This document shows positions 40,899 to 54,560 of a stretch of DNA of 64,000 nt, piece by piece; the stretch's first letter is position 1, and each line of letters opens with the position of its first letter. The notes below the pieces were generated by a model that did not search any database, was not told the origin of the DNA, and was given only the letters and a program-made list of their open reading frames with translations. The DNA is taken from contig CM052818.1 in assembly GCA_028534125.1 (NCBI GenBank), forward strand, positions 29,824,001-29,888,000. Reading direction: 5' to 3'. The translations under genes and the position numbers were made by a program. Origin of the DNA: Lama glama. Lineage: Eukaryota.

Positions 40899-41908
40899 AA
40901 TATAACCTATTCTAAGAAATCTTATGATGGAGATTCGTTATATAGTGGGTTGGCATTTGTAGTTCTAAGTCACTACCTATGTGTATAATCCACCAGAGAG
41001 GACTGGAAGCTGGTTAAAATGACAACAGTTAACAAGTCATCTAGAAATTTCTGGCTGGTACCTTTTGATTCCACTTAGCTTTTCTCTGCTATAACTTCCA
41101 CATCTGTACAATGGGGATATTTCACAAAATTGTTGCAATAAAATAAGACAATGCATGTGAAGGCAGAACAAAATGTGTGCCTCATAATAAATGCGCAGTA
41201 AAAGTTGGTTGTTATTACCTGGTACAATTACAACGCAATGAAGGGATAGGAAAGGAGGTAAACTACACTAAAAGTTGAAAAACTAGAGATGTAGTTTATG
41301 AACAGCTGTGTGATCAACATTGGAAAAGTGTGGTTAATTGCAATAGGCCTCAATTTTCTTGTCTGTAGAATTAAGGAGCTGGACCAGGTGTCCCAGTTGC
41401 CACAGGGGCTAACAGTTTTACAGAACAGGGGAACCACGCCTATAACACAGGAGAACCACAGGGCAGGAGCTAAACTAGCTATTCCTACATCCTTAGAAAG
41501 AGAAGCGTACTTAAGGATATCTCACAATATTGCGTATCAAATAAATGCTTTCTTTTACTTTTTGTAAACAAGTTGCTTAAAAGATTCATTCTTTAGCATA
41601 AAGTCCCTTTTAAAGGGATTTTAAATATAAAAAGTTATTTGAAAAATGGAAACTTTTGTGGTTCTCCAATCATTTAGTTTCAAGGATTCTATTTAATCTA
41701 GTTTAAAATTTAAAAAAAGTTTTAGAAGTCTAATATAACTTCACTCAAAATAGCAATTTGAAGTAACTGGCAATCCCCAGCTAGATACTTTTATTCTTTT
41801 CACTGAAATATTTGAAAACTCAAACACAAATTGAAAGTCATTCTTTTCTAATGCTTTTTCTTTCACATGTGAAGTATTCTCCATACCCAATGACGACAAC
41901 AAAAATAC

Positions 41909-42004
41909 CTGAATGGCCCAGTGAGGTGGTACTCGGCAGCAATAGAAAACCTTCAGGCGTTCCAGCACAGACGTGGTCTTATCTTCAAATTGGTCTGCAA
42001 GAGC
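41909..42004 (-). CDS. TTC27: TTC27 internal coding exon (96 nt, phase 0/0; probably exon 11): [32 protein letters not shown]
   Basis: Acceptor tgtacttttaAG, donor CAG|GTATTT. Overlaps ORF 41741..41968(-). In frame with both flanking exons. Confidence 0.95.
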
Positions 42005-45000
42005 CTTAAAAGTACATACATAATCAGAATCTACCTGTGTAATAACTTTTTAATATAAATAAGATTCTTAGTGTGAAAGTTATCCAAATAGACACATAAA
42101 GAAAGAACACAAGTCACTTTGATAAGGTGATGGGATGTGTGAATGCTTTCTGAATTTCTTTAAATGTTAAAAGAAAAAAAAACTTTAAAATTAATCAACA
42201 TTTATGTAAACCTGTACATTTCTCTCAGGAAAACAGTTTCTTATATTGAGATTTCCTATAATAGTTCTTTCAAAGAACCAACCTTATTAATCAACCTTTT
42301 CACTTTTTCTAAGAAAAACTATTCTTCAGCATACCTATGTCACAACCATGTCACTTTGACAATGGCACTTTCTAATATCGAAGAAAATTATATGAAGAAC
42401 TTCATTTAGGACTATTTTCTCAGGAATAAAGTGAAATCAAAGGGTGTGTATAGCTCATCACAGAGGGCGAGTTTTCTTACTGTTCAGCAAGAGAGCTAGC
42501 TCCAGGGCAGGACACTCATTCATGCGAGACCACCCTTAAGGAGCAGTGAACAGCTTCAACCTGCACTCCCCCTGCTGTGCTGACATACCTGCACTTTGTG
42601 GAATAACTGTGCTCTCAAAAGCTACGTCAGGAAGGAGGCCAATGAGACTAAGATGGCTGACTCTTGAGAAAAAGTACTGGGGCCAAATGCAAAGCCAAAG
42701 GCTGGCACTATCCAGTGGTCACATGATGAGTCAACACAAGACCTCACAGACTCAGCATCGAAGTGAACGCAGACACTCTGGAGTCCCAGGCAAACATACG
42801 GGCGGCAGTCTCACCACCATGATCATCTTCACCTGCCTCTTCACTTGTCATTCAGTTTTCGGTAAGTATATATATTTTTTCTGTTATATACTGAGACCTC
42901 TCAACTGTGAATTGTCATGACTCTGTAAAATGCAGCACTCAGATGTTCTTTTTTTGCCAACTGACTGGCCTTCACGGGGTTGTCTTATGAGGATTAGCTG
43001 GTAACAATATGTCTGTTACGTAGGAGGTTATGTAGGAGAGCGTCCATGTATTTGAGAAGGACGAAGCACTGCATTAGCAGCTTACTTTGCAAAACTTCAG
43101 GATACCTGCCACTGCCACTAAGTTTGAGATTTTTTTCCAGTTTTTACAATATTAACTTTTAAAATTGAAAATTAAAAAAAAAGTTATAGGGAGTGAGTCC
43201 AAACTTCCTCTTAAGAAAGAAAAGGACAAGAATCTAACAGATCCTAATCAAAGTAAAAAGAGACCGGTTTCTGAGCAAGGAAACTGTACCTCAATTGGAG
43301 GGAGCAGGTTGGGAAGTTCTCTGTATTATACTAGGTGGGAGATATATTTGTTAGCCTAAGCATATCCTGCAAGAATGAGAAAACACTCATTACATCACTT
43401 CTTTGACAATCCAAGATGTTATTCAATCAAATCAGTCAGAACGAATCGAGTCATAACCAGACTCCTGAACCATCTTAGGTCAAAATATTTTTAAAGCTCT
43501 CTGGCCTTACTTCAGAGAAACTTAATAGCAAAAAGGTTGCATGCTTCTGCCCAAAGCTATTTAGTTGTAGGAGAGACAGAAGAGAAGAAAAACTTCTGGC
43601 TGGGTACATATGGTTATAATACATAAATAAAAGGTTCACTGAATTACTTCATCAAAAGCGGGGAAATTTTCTCTTTTTATCAAATTTTTTCCTTTCTTTG
43701 GAAAGAAAAAAATAAATAATGCCTATTTAATAATTAAAAGCCAAAAGCAACAACGCTTACTTTTATGAAGTCTTAGTTACATGCAATACATTTGCGTTTC
43801 AAACAAAACTCATGTTGTTTGCTGTAGTTACTGCATCTAGCTAAAACATTAAGCAGTGCTCAGGAAATAGTTCCTGATTTAGTAATAAACAGATTTAGTA
43901 TGTATTTCAGAGCCTCTCAAGTACTTTGAGATGATCTCAGAGTGTCTCTGATACTTTCAGATACTCAACAAAATGGCAAAGGTCACTGGAGAGAGAGCAG
44001 AGAACCAACATTTACTTGAACTTGATACCACAAATGAGCCCCTGTAATAGTCACACTTCAGAAGAACTTGATTAGGCTATGTGTATGATAAAGATTGAAA
44101 ACAGAATTCTAACTTATTTTCACTCCTGCACAGAATATACTTCTTCCTACTTTAAGTATGACAACCATCTAAAGAAGATTTACCTACCAATAAAACAAAG
44201 AACAAAGAAAAACTATTTCCTCTACTGGATTCAAAGCACTCTCTTATTTGTTAACTCAAATACAGAGACATATTTACAGTTCATCTCTTAGGTTTTTCAG
44301 AACAGGATTATTTCTAGCGACTCATTCTGAAATAATTCCATTATATTAAAACAAAACAAAACTGGAGTCCTTTACAGGAAAGAGAATGCTGGCAAGCGAA
44401 GTGGCTGGCATTCTGCTTTAGGTCTGCCTCCAATAAGCAAGTCATTTAATAAGAACAAGGGCACTCATCTATGAAATGATTTTCTAAATGATCTTTTGTA
44501 CTTCCAACACTCTCTGAGTATATGGTTTTATCAAAAGAGTATTTATTTCAAGCATTTGAGGAGGTGGTTAGTTTCAGGCACTATTAGCTGAACACAAGTA
44601 TCAGGTTTGTTCCTTAGGGGCAAACTGTACCCAAGTGGCCTGAAAGACAATATTTAAAGTACTAGGAGCATGGGACTGAATGAATGTGAAGCCTGAGTTA
44701 CCACTGTGTCCATTTCTGTGAATGAACATGGACAGAAACAGTGAGCTCGCAGAGAATCTGGTACTTTGCAACCTTTCACACACTCCCAGAAATTTAAGTA
44801 AATGATCTCTAAAGCAGTGCCATTTTCTTTCCAGTTTCTAAAGTTCATGAATTTCACACCTGAAAGCACTTGATCATAAGTTAAAACTGGTACTAGAAGG
44901 TGGTCTTTAAGGAAAGACGGTAACATCAAAACAGAGAGAGAGGTTAAGCGACCCTAAACCAATCTTTAAGAATTGAAAGCAAACAGCGTGATCTGGGAGG

Positions 45001-46472
45001 GTGATGGAAGAGCTGAGGATAAATAGGAAGGATGCTGAGTAGAGAGTGAGGAAGAGTTTAGGCTCAGTCAAGAGAGTGGGGAGAGCAGAGTCACAGCAAA
45101 TCTGGGCATAACTGCTGGGACACATCAAAGGCGACTTCATGATGTACAGACCACTGTGGTACGAAACTGTTTCTAAGTTTTAAGGTTCCCTTTTAACATC
45201 TTTTTTCTTCCCACCACCTCAAAGCATTTATACTTTGAGTGTCCTTTGAGAAAATATGCTGTGCGTATGGGTTCCCTAACCCTGCACAATAACAACTCTC
45301 TAGCCTTCCAGGAGCCACAGTACCAGAGGTCAGGGGACATCTCCATGGAATGGGGGATAAAAGAATAAAACCCCAGAAAACAGTGATGGGCCCTCTCTTT
45401 TTAATGCTCTGTTTTCAGTAGAGAAAGAACTTCCCTAAAAGACTAGAGAAAAATCAAGACTACATTTTAAACTTAGCACATAGAGAATGATTTAGTACAG
45501 AAGGACCATTCTGCACAAGGTCTGGGATGATTTAGACCATTTATGTGCTCATATCTAAAAATACGGAATACATATCTTCAAAAGAACAGAGCTAGTCCCT
45601 CAGGACTGACACTTTCACTGAAGGCTATTTATTCTTGCTTGTGTGATTATCAAAGTATTTATCAGAAGAGCCAAGTAGACATTAGCTGATAATCTAAAAG
45701 GTCTGACTGATCATATGCCAAATCACCTTGCCTTTTTTGTGCAATCTGTGTGCATGTGTGTAGGGGGGTAGGATTTATTATAAAAAATATGTACTTAATC
45801 AAATATATCCAACAGTGGGGCTGAACAGCTCTCTCTGACAGGAGTCTGTAGTCATTCAGCTGTGACACAAACAGCGCTCAAGCTAACTGCCACCTCAAAC
45901 TCCCAAGTCCAAGAAAACTGCCAATAGAAACAAGGGGAATGAGAGTTAAAACCTATTAACACACCTGCTAAGGATCAACACCACCATTAAACCTATCATT
46001 AACCCAGTTTTTACCTCGTGTATAGGGAACTGCAGCTCAGAGAGATTAAAAAAAAAAAAAAAACTTGCCCAAACTTTAAAGCTATGAAATAGGTGAGCCT
46101 GTCTGATTCCAAACACCAAGCTGACAGCTTTATTAAAACCTTACCTCCTAAGTGGAAATTATCAGATCTGTGATAATAAAAAGCAGCTTCTCATGGGAAA
46201 AATACTGAGAACTTGAATCAACTGGGTTTCCCCCACCTAAATTTCATAATACGAGGCAGGATGTGGCCTGTCTGAGAAGAGCTTCAGTGATTGCTTCCTG
46301 TGCCAGATACAGAAGACTTTCAGTGTTGGCTGGTAGGAACTGGGTGTACTCATGGGGGCTGGGAGAGCCTAGATGTCTTTTTCATGATTTCAGACTGAAG
46401 AGATGAACATAAAGACGAAGTCATCAAGGAAGCCCAGACAAGGATCTTGGAGCGTTCCTTTTAGTCAGACCT

Positions 46473-47891
46473 GAGCAGTTCTTAAACTTTTTGGTTTCAG
46501 GACCTCTTTAAACCCTTATGAATTACTGAGGGACTCCACAGAGCTTCTCTTTATGGGTGCTCTAATCTATCAATACTCATCAGACTAGAAATTAAAACTG
46601 AGTACATTTTAAATATTTATTCACCCACTCTAAAATAAAATAACAAATCTTATTATATTCATACACATAATGGTTTTTATGAAAAATAACTAGATCCCCC
46701 CCCAAAAAAGGTCTTGAAAGATGGGCAACATCTTACATGTTTGCAACTCTCTTTACTGTCTGGCTTAATAGAGGACAGCTGGATTCTCAGGCTTGCTTCT
46801 GTAGTCAGTCTGCTGCCATATGATGTTTTGGTTTAAGTTTATGATAAAAATTTGGCCTCATACAGATAGGTAGTTGGAAAAGGGAGAAGTATGTTAATAG
46901 CTTTTTCAGCTAATTGTGCGTACCATTCTTTGATACCACACCAAAATTCAACATGTGGTGGCTCCTTAGAGTTCCTGCAAAGTGGAATTTGAAATCCTAT
47001 CAATGAATGTTTCCCTGTTACATTAAATAACTGTTACAGTAAAATTTATTAGCCTAAAAAAACAAATAAACCCACACTCACTGATCTGTCTTGAACTTTG
47101 AATGGATCTTTTACCCATGCTTGATTTTTTTTTTAACATCATGCATCAGTCATTTGGAAAATGTGCAGATTTCCAAATGTTAATACATTTCATATAATAT
47201 TAAAAATTATATGCATTAATATCACAACCTCCTAAGAAAACTCTCATCCCGTACTGGAAGTATTGGGAAGCAGTCACGTTCCTAGTGTTCCTAGATACAA
47301 GTTTTCCAGAAGTCTCATTTTTTTCTTGGAAGCTCAAAATTTTATCATTGGTAACAAATAGTAATAATTAGTTTCCTAGAAGTGATGAGTTCGTTCATGT
47401 CTGAAAGAATGTCTGCCAAATACCCAAGTCTGAATACCCATAGTTTGTCAGTATTTCTTTCAAGTAAAAAGAGTGTTCCCTGGGAGAAGCAGCCGGCTCA
47501 GCTTTTTCTTGCGAACCCACTGTGCTTTAGCGCGCAGCCCGAGTGTTCTGCAAGTACTTCCCAGTTGATTACACAGAATATTAAAAATGCACTTAATAAT
47601 ATTTACTGCTTTATCAAACACATTCATAAACAAAATTGTCTTTCTCTCTTTTTCAGCTACGAACTCGTGGCAGCAAAGCACAGGATGGCTCCTAGCACGG
47701 CGTGCTGTCCCGATCTTGATTTGGGTGAAGGGACCGACAGTTTGGCCGCCCCCTGCTTCTGCCGATTCAGTGTCAACACAGTGACAGGTAAACAGTATCT
47801 CAGTATTGCTGTGAAGATGGTCGTGACCTGAGGACACTCTGAAAGGCCTGGGGAGCCTCAGGGCTCCACAACCACCCTTGGAGAACGGCTG
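46473..47891 (-). mobile_element. Charlie1a-like hAT DNA transposon (~1.4 kb, both ends present)
   Basis: Left end gcagttcttaaactttttggtttcaggacc and right end ...cccttggagaacggctg form degenerate Charlie terminal inverted repeats (TIRs). Internal sequence resembles Charlie1 as recalled. Confidence 0.8.
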
Positions 47892-50800
47892 CCTGGGAAT
47901 CAGCAGATGCAGAAGCCCTCGGGCCTTCTCCCGACCCCACCCACGTCCCCTACCCACGTCCAGCTTTCTCCCAAAACTTCTCCAGGGGACATTGCTTACT
48001 ATTTAAGGAGAAGTTCTTTTTTATTATCTTGCCTTAAAAGATTAGAAATGAGAACACAAGTCAGTCTGTTTGCAATCTGCAAGCAGCCCAAGAGTGCGAA
48101 GAATAACAAATACTTATTATTAAAACCTTAGGGAATGTTTCGAATTCCTAGTATTAGCATTCCTAAAAAAGTAGTTAAGTCTACTGATAATTACACCTAC
48201 TTTCCTGAGCAGTCTGTCAGATGCAAAGCACCTGTTCCTCAGAGAGCTCAATTCCAACCGCCCCAGCCCAGGCCCTCAGTAACACCTCCGAGGTTCCTTC
48301 TGGCCCCCAGCCCCTGTTACATCCCAGCGCTGGCCTCCAGGCCTTGGTAAATGCCCTTTTTGCCTCTGTTCTGTGCTTACTTGGGTGTGAGACAGGAAAA
48401 CATCTGGAGCTACTGAAGATTAACAGCCTACCTCTCTTCCAAAAGGGCCCATAATCACCACCCTCACTGGACCCCGAATTTCTGAGGGCTGGGCTGAAAA
48501 GTGGCATTTTAACAAGCACCTTGGAAGTGGTTCATATGTTCAGGCAAGTTTGGGAAGTGCTGCATAAGACTACTAAGATGTACTCAGGGTGCTGTCCCAG
48601 GGAAAACCGATGTGTAGTTCCATCAACATAATCTGACTCTAAAAGACCTTCAGAGTGCCCTGACGGGGATCTGACTGAAGCCAGCATTTAGGGCCTTAAG
48701 AAGTGTGCTCTAAGTGGGAGTACTTTCTTCCGTCCCACTGGGAAGTTCCTCAGGTAGTACCTAGGTTTCTCTGTTCTGTAACTTTCTAGGTTTTTTCCTA
48801 AATTTTTCACTATCAGTGATAAAGTTTATTTTATGCTATTTATCACTTCTCCCTCTCTTTTACCTCGCCTATCTATGAACTAATTATTGCCCATTTTTCT
48901 CCTACAAATCTATTATCTTGGAATTCACATCCTGGTTCACCCATCAGCCTCCCTGGGTAGCCCCCCTCCTGGCCTTAGCAGAAGCCAGCTTCACGCACCC
49001 TCGAGCACGTTCTTTCCCACACAGGACTGCATCCTGATATTGTGTGCACTCCGTTTCCCCTCCTTTCACCTAAATTGTAGGCCCTGAGATGCTGAGTTCT
49101 GCAACCAAGCCTTTCTCACAAAAGCCTCTGTTCACTTCTTCCTGCCTACGCGGGTTCAACCCCTTTCCTCCAGATGATGCCAAATCTTACACTGGTATCT
49201 GCCTTCTCATAGCTTCCTTAGATACAGCATGGTGATTCAAAGCATGGCCTTCGAAATCCAAGGCAGACCTGGTTTGAATTCTGGCCCAGCTCTAAGGCCT
49301 TGCGTAAGTCACTTAGATTTTCTGTGCTTCAGTTTTTTCATCAGTAAAAACATAAATAGTGCCTGCTTCCTAGGATTATTCAGCACCTGGCATACAGTGT
49401 TCAGTAAACGGTAGTGACTACACAATTCTGAATAAACAATAGTAGCTATAATTATTCCAAAAAATAAAAGCACAGCTACAGCCACAGGAGCGAGTTCTAG
49501 TATATTTTTTCAGTAACTTTCAAATGCTGCGTGTGGTCATTAAGGCAGGTGGAGTGCAGAGCTAGAATGGAAGGCATTGTTTCCACCTCTCAGATACCTG
49601 AAAAGCTCAAGGGCAGGACTCGGCATACTGAGCAGGAAACACTGTAACTATTGCAATGTTTTCAGATTTTCTAGGTAGTAAAGATTGCTTTTGCCGAGTT
49701 ATGAAGGACTGGGCAGTTTTATTTGCTCGTACCTAGTCTTCCCCTCCTTTAAAGTGGGGATAATAATAACAGTCGACATTAACTGAGGATTTACTACACA
49801 CCAGGCACTATTTCAAGCATTTCACAAATATTAACCCATTTAATCCCTCAATATCCAAATGAGGTGGGCATTACTGCTCTCTCCATTCTCCAGGTAAGGG
49901 AAGTGAAGCACAAGAGGGTAAGGGCTTTAACCTCGGCCATGGTACGTGATCTCTCTTCCTCTTGGATTGTGAGGTCTATGGACAATGAAATCTGGTGCTT
50001 TTCTGACAACAGACATTCTGATACTGAGGCAGGCAGAGAAAAACAGAGACACGAGAACAAGGATGAGAAAAGAGGGAAAGAGAAAGACCTGGCGGTCTGT
50101 TTGAGCCCCGAGCCCAGCTATCTCTGATCAGAAACCCCTAGTCTTTCTGGTTACAAGAACCAACAAAGTTCCCTTTTAACAGCCAATTTGAATTGGGTTT
50201 CTGTCCCTTAGAACTAAAAGATTCCTTATTGAGACCCGTGCTTAAATAGTACTGAAGTACAAGTATAAAGAGTCTCAAAAAGCTCTAATCTTCAATCTGT
50301 CCATTACAAGCATCTTGTATTTAGGAAAAGGATATTTAAAATAAGTATAAAAATGAAACGCATTTTCTCAAAGTTTAAAGCCATACCCCCCTCACTGTGC
50401 AAGCCAAATGTGACCCAGGTCAGCCTGAATTAGCAGACCACGTGCTCCAGGCCACCGCCTGTTCTCCATCAGTGGCTCCATAATGGCAGCCAGATACTCT
50501 CCACTCACACAAATGGCCACCCATCAAGGTCAGTACCAAGCCTGCCAAGTACAACAACGCATGTGGATGAACTTTTATGAAGAAGATACGTGAAAACACA
50601 GTACAGCACAAGCATATTCCAAGACACTAAAACATGGGGGAGAAATCTGCAACGCAGAACAAATGACCACCTTGTAATACAGAGGCAAAGCTTTGTTTGC
50701 TATGTTGAGAAATAGAGTGAACATATTTCCAGTTACTTAAGCAGTTAATTCATGGACTCCAGCCTCTTATCACTTCTTCTAAGGATCTCAAAGCAGACTA

Positions 50801-52557
50801 ATTTATGCATGTAATTCATCATTTTTTAAGGAAACCCTGTAAGAAAACACTGACATTCCTTTATCTCATTTCCGTTAAAAAAATACACCCAATCAAACTG
50901 TGAATTACTACCCCCTGGGACCTCTACATTACCCTCAGTGTGGTCACAGCAACTGCTCTGTTCCTGTTAGCTTTGGCACTGGGCTGAAGATTTGGACTGG
51001 AATGATTTTAGAAAGGCTGGTCTCTACAGCTCGCAGGTTACTGAAGGGCCAGATGAAAATGTAATCTTTAATTTACCTACTCTCAATTATTCCTGCTAAT
51101 TAGCAGGAAATTCAAAATTGAGGTTATTTTTTCAAATTCAACATTCAGCAAACATATACGGAGTATTCTAGCTGTAAAGATTGATGGGTTTCCCAGTAAA
51201 GTATAACTTAGTAAATACTAAAATACAGTATCAAGAACAGATGCTCTAAAAATACTTATTTAAAAGCTGTGAAATCTCAATTAGCTTCCACAGTTAAGAA
51301 ACTCAAGTTGCAGTATGAACAGTCTCCAGTGACAGGAAACTGCTACAATCTCAAATTTCCAATTCAATGCAACGTCCCCCCAGAAATTCAAGGGTGAAGG
51401 GGATTCCTGCTGCACAATCATCTTCAGCGGCACGACGACCTGATGGGCAGGCCTTCACAATTTAAAAGAATAGGTGTAAGAGATAACTGGGTAATTAAAA
51501 TTCATTAGCAAAATCCTTTTAATAATGAACATAAAATAATCTAACATTAATCTTCAATGACTGAACTGCATTTATCTAACACTAATATGAACGTTACAGA
51601 CAATGATGACATTGGTTTGCACAATTTATTTTTCGTTTGAACATAAGATAGTTCCTTTGAATGTACGTGGTTTTAATTAATTTGCTTCATATTTGGATTA
51701 TATGTATAATACACTGCTTTTACCATACTAAAGAAGAAAAAGATGTGATCTTATGATAAAGAAAATGTTAATTATTTGGATTTGGATCAGATGTGGCGTG
51801 GTGGGGTGGGGGAGAAGCTGAATGATGAAAGATGGGTACTTTATACTCCACTGGTAAAAAGCAGGGTATAAATACTGGAGAATATAATTCCATGTTAATT
51901 CAAGCTGCTTCTGAATTCTAAACTAACCAATATTTCCATAAATGTTATTTTCTTCATCATAGCCCTGAACCATCAACATAGCCCTGAACATGCAATAATT
52001 AAAGAAATTTTAGCCTAGAATAATTCCCATGAGGGAGTGTGTTTTTAATGAACTGTCCTCCACTTGGAGTTCCTTCTTCCTCTGTGGATCTTATAACTTC
52101 GATTTTCTGGGGTTTTTTTTACCTTTATGGATGACACAACGTTCTCTTTTTAAGTTTGCACATCTCACCCAGAAATCCCTGCCCAATCTGCCATCTTTTG
52201 AACCTGCCATTGCATCCTTCAATGTAACTGCCCATCACTGGGTAAGGTAAAATTCAGACTCTGTCATTAAGCAGCCAGGCAAACTGGGGCAGTTCATATG
52301 ACTTCATCATACCTGCATGTCTTCAACTTGCAATGTGACAAGATTAAGCTTCTCACTAAGAACTCCTTCTAGCTTATTTTTCCTTCGGCTTTAACATTTT
52401 ACCATTTTATCACGTTGTACAGCTGAGGAAGGGAACAGATATCCACAGAAACTAAAACAATTTTTTGAAAACACTGTTTTATGTATACATGTATTTTTAA
52501 GATCATTTTTCTCTTATTCTTCAGGGATACAAGAACTTCAACAAACTCAGTAATATC

Positions 52558-52609
52558 AAACTCTGAATCAGAGGAATTGGCAAAAACTCTGAATCAGAGG
52601 AACTGGCAA
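52558..52609. repeat. 26-bp tandem duplication (2 copies, 1 mismatch)
   Basis: aaactctgaatcagaggaattggcaa / aaactctgaatcagaggaactggcaa. Confidence 0.95.
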
Positions 52610-53292
52610 AACTTCAGATTATGAGGTAAATGGCTCAACAAGTGACAGAAAATTAGACAAATCTTGCATTTATCTTGTCTCATGACCTGACTAATTTCCA
52701 AATTCTGTGGGTTGGGGAGTGAAAGATTTTCTGATTTTCCCTGTAGAGGCAGAAATAACAACTCCCTCACTGTGTCCTATAGGTAGGGAGCTAACTCACT
52801 CTCTTCCTAATGCAACACTTGGACAACAAGATGAAGAGACCCTGGATATGGGAAGGCCAGGACAGGGAGTATGGTGACTAGGCACTTTCTTATATTCATT
52901 TTCCCCAGGCAAAGCACATCCTTGTTATTTGACATCTAAAAGCGTCCTCTGCACAATTCGGAGAATCATGCAGGTTTCAAATTGAAAATATATTTTACAC
53001 ACCTATGAACAAGTTTACTTTGACACTTTTTAAGTTAAATTTGCCACTACAAAAGAAAAATGAAAGATGACTTGGCTATTTTATATGCCAAAATTAACAG
53101 AAGACATGAGTGCAAAGCGTGAAGTGAAAGACCATGTATTAACTAAGTATATCCAAGGCCCATAGAGACTAAGAATTCAATAAATGTTTGCTAACAGGAA
53201 GTTAGTAGCACTGATATTCATAGTAACTTGGTAACCCTCTTACTGGTTTGCTGAACTAAACTTACACAGAGAAATTCTAGAATTACCATGTT

Positions 53293-53597
53293 TCTTTTTT
53301 TTTTTTAACATTTTTTTATTGAGTTATAGTCAGTTTACAACGTATCAATTTCCAGTGTAGAGCACTATTTTTCAGTTATACATGAACACACATATATTCA
53401 TTGTCACATTCTTTTTCACTGTGAGCTACCACAAGATCTTGTATATATTTCCCTGTGCTATACAGTATAATCTTGTTTATCTATTGTAATATATACCTTT
53501 CAGTATCTACAAATTTCGAACTCCCCGTCTGTCCCTTCCCACCCCCTCCCCCTTGGCAACCACAAGTTTGTATTCTATGTCTATGAGTCTATTTCTT
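53293..53597 (-). mobile_element. Lineage-specific L1 3' end, sense to TTC27
   Basis: Poly-T followed by tttattgagttatagtcagtttacaa...ccctgtgctatacagta...ccttggcaaccacaagtttgtattctatgtctatgagtct. Confidence 0.9.
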
Positions 53598-53859
53598 GGA
53601 TTTTTTTAAACAAAAATTTCACTTAATTCAGATAAACATCTGCTTTAACCTGCCAACTAATAGATTTTTAAAGCAGGTAGGCTATTTCCAAAAAAAAAAA
53701 AAAAAACATGTTAAATGCTCTTAAAGACTGATTTTTAAAGTGCTCATATTGTTTGGTTTCCTAACTTTTCTCAGTCTTTGAAAAATAATCACTGTAAACA
53801 TTTTTTTCTTAAGACATTTAAATTTAAGCAGCCACACGGAAGTTTTATGACTTTTACTA

Positions 53860-54150
53860 TGTTACTAGTTCACACTGTTCTATCTCATTAGCTCCTGTGT
53901 CCTTCTGACTTGTCCCCTAACCTTTTGAAGCACTACCTTACTTTCTCGCGCTACACAAGATATTCCAGGCTCATCTTGTATTTTCCCTGCTTCCACTGCC
54001 CCAGTCCTAAAATGAGCCATCTATCCAAGGAGCCCTGGTTCCCATTATTGAAGAATGGTATTTAGAAATCAAGATCTGGACACTAGGTGTGTTCACTGCT
54101 ACTGAGGTGCCACTGCTCTAGACTCCATCAGTGGTCAGAGTTAGGAAAGA
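53860..54150 (-). mobile_element. L1MC-type 3'UTR fragment
   Basis: aagatattccaggctcatcttgtattttccctgc...tccaaggagccctggttcc...aatggtatttagaaatcaagatctgg. Confidence 0.7.
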
Positions 54151-54439
54151 TACGGAACCTATGGAATAATCTTTGTGTTTCCAGAAGCATCAATCAAGTG
54201 CACTAAGCTTAGTGAGGTGTCCATTAGAAGCATTTTTAGAAATAGAAATTAACAAAATATTCTTCATTAGTTTAAAAAAACACTTTGGAATAGAGATTAT
54301 TAATTTCAGTTCATTAGTGAATATTTCTGCATTAGGCTGAATTTTATTTCCTTATACAATCTCTCTGTGAAACTGCATATCTTTTTTTTTTACTAACTCT
54401 TATATTATCTCTCTGAATACTCACTATAAACAGTATAGG

Positions 54440-54520
54440 TTTATTATATATATAATATATATAGTAATATATAGTATATTTATATATATATATATATAGG
54501 TAATATATAGTACTATTATT
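54440..54520. repeat. Degenerate (TA)n microsatellite
   Basis: tattatatatataatatatatagtaatatatagtatatttatatatatatatatatagg. Confidence 0.9.
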
Positions 54521-54560
54521 ATCACCCTCTTTTACAGATGATAAAAATTAAAATTAGAGA

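Noticed and set aside
47382..47957. Overlapping 149-aa (+) and 165-aa (-) ORFs
   Set aside because: They lie in a degraded Charlie1-like element with locally higher GC and show no recognisable domain.
51955..51990. Short direct repeat catagccctgaac x2
   Set aside because: A simple local slippage duplication. Two copies only, so not an array or CRISPR-like structure.
52250..52312. Minus-strand ATGATGA ... CTGA pair resembling a C/D box snoRNA
   Set aside because: Only ~55 nt long with no terminal stem, and the context looks like a decayed MIR.
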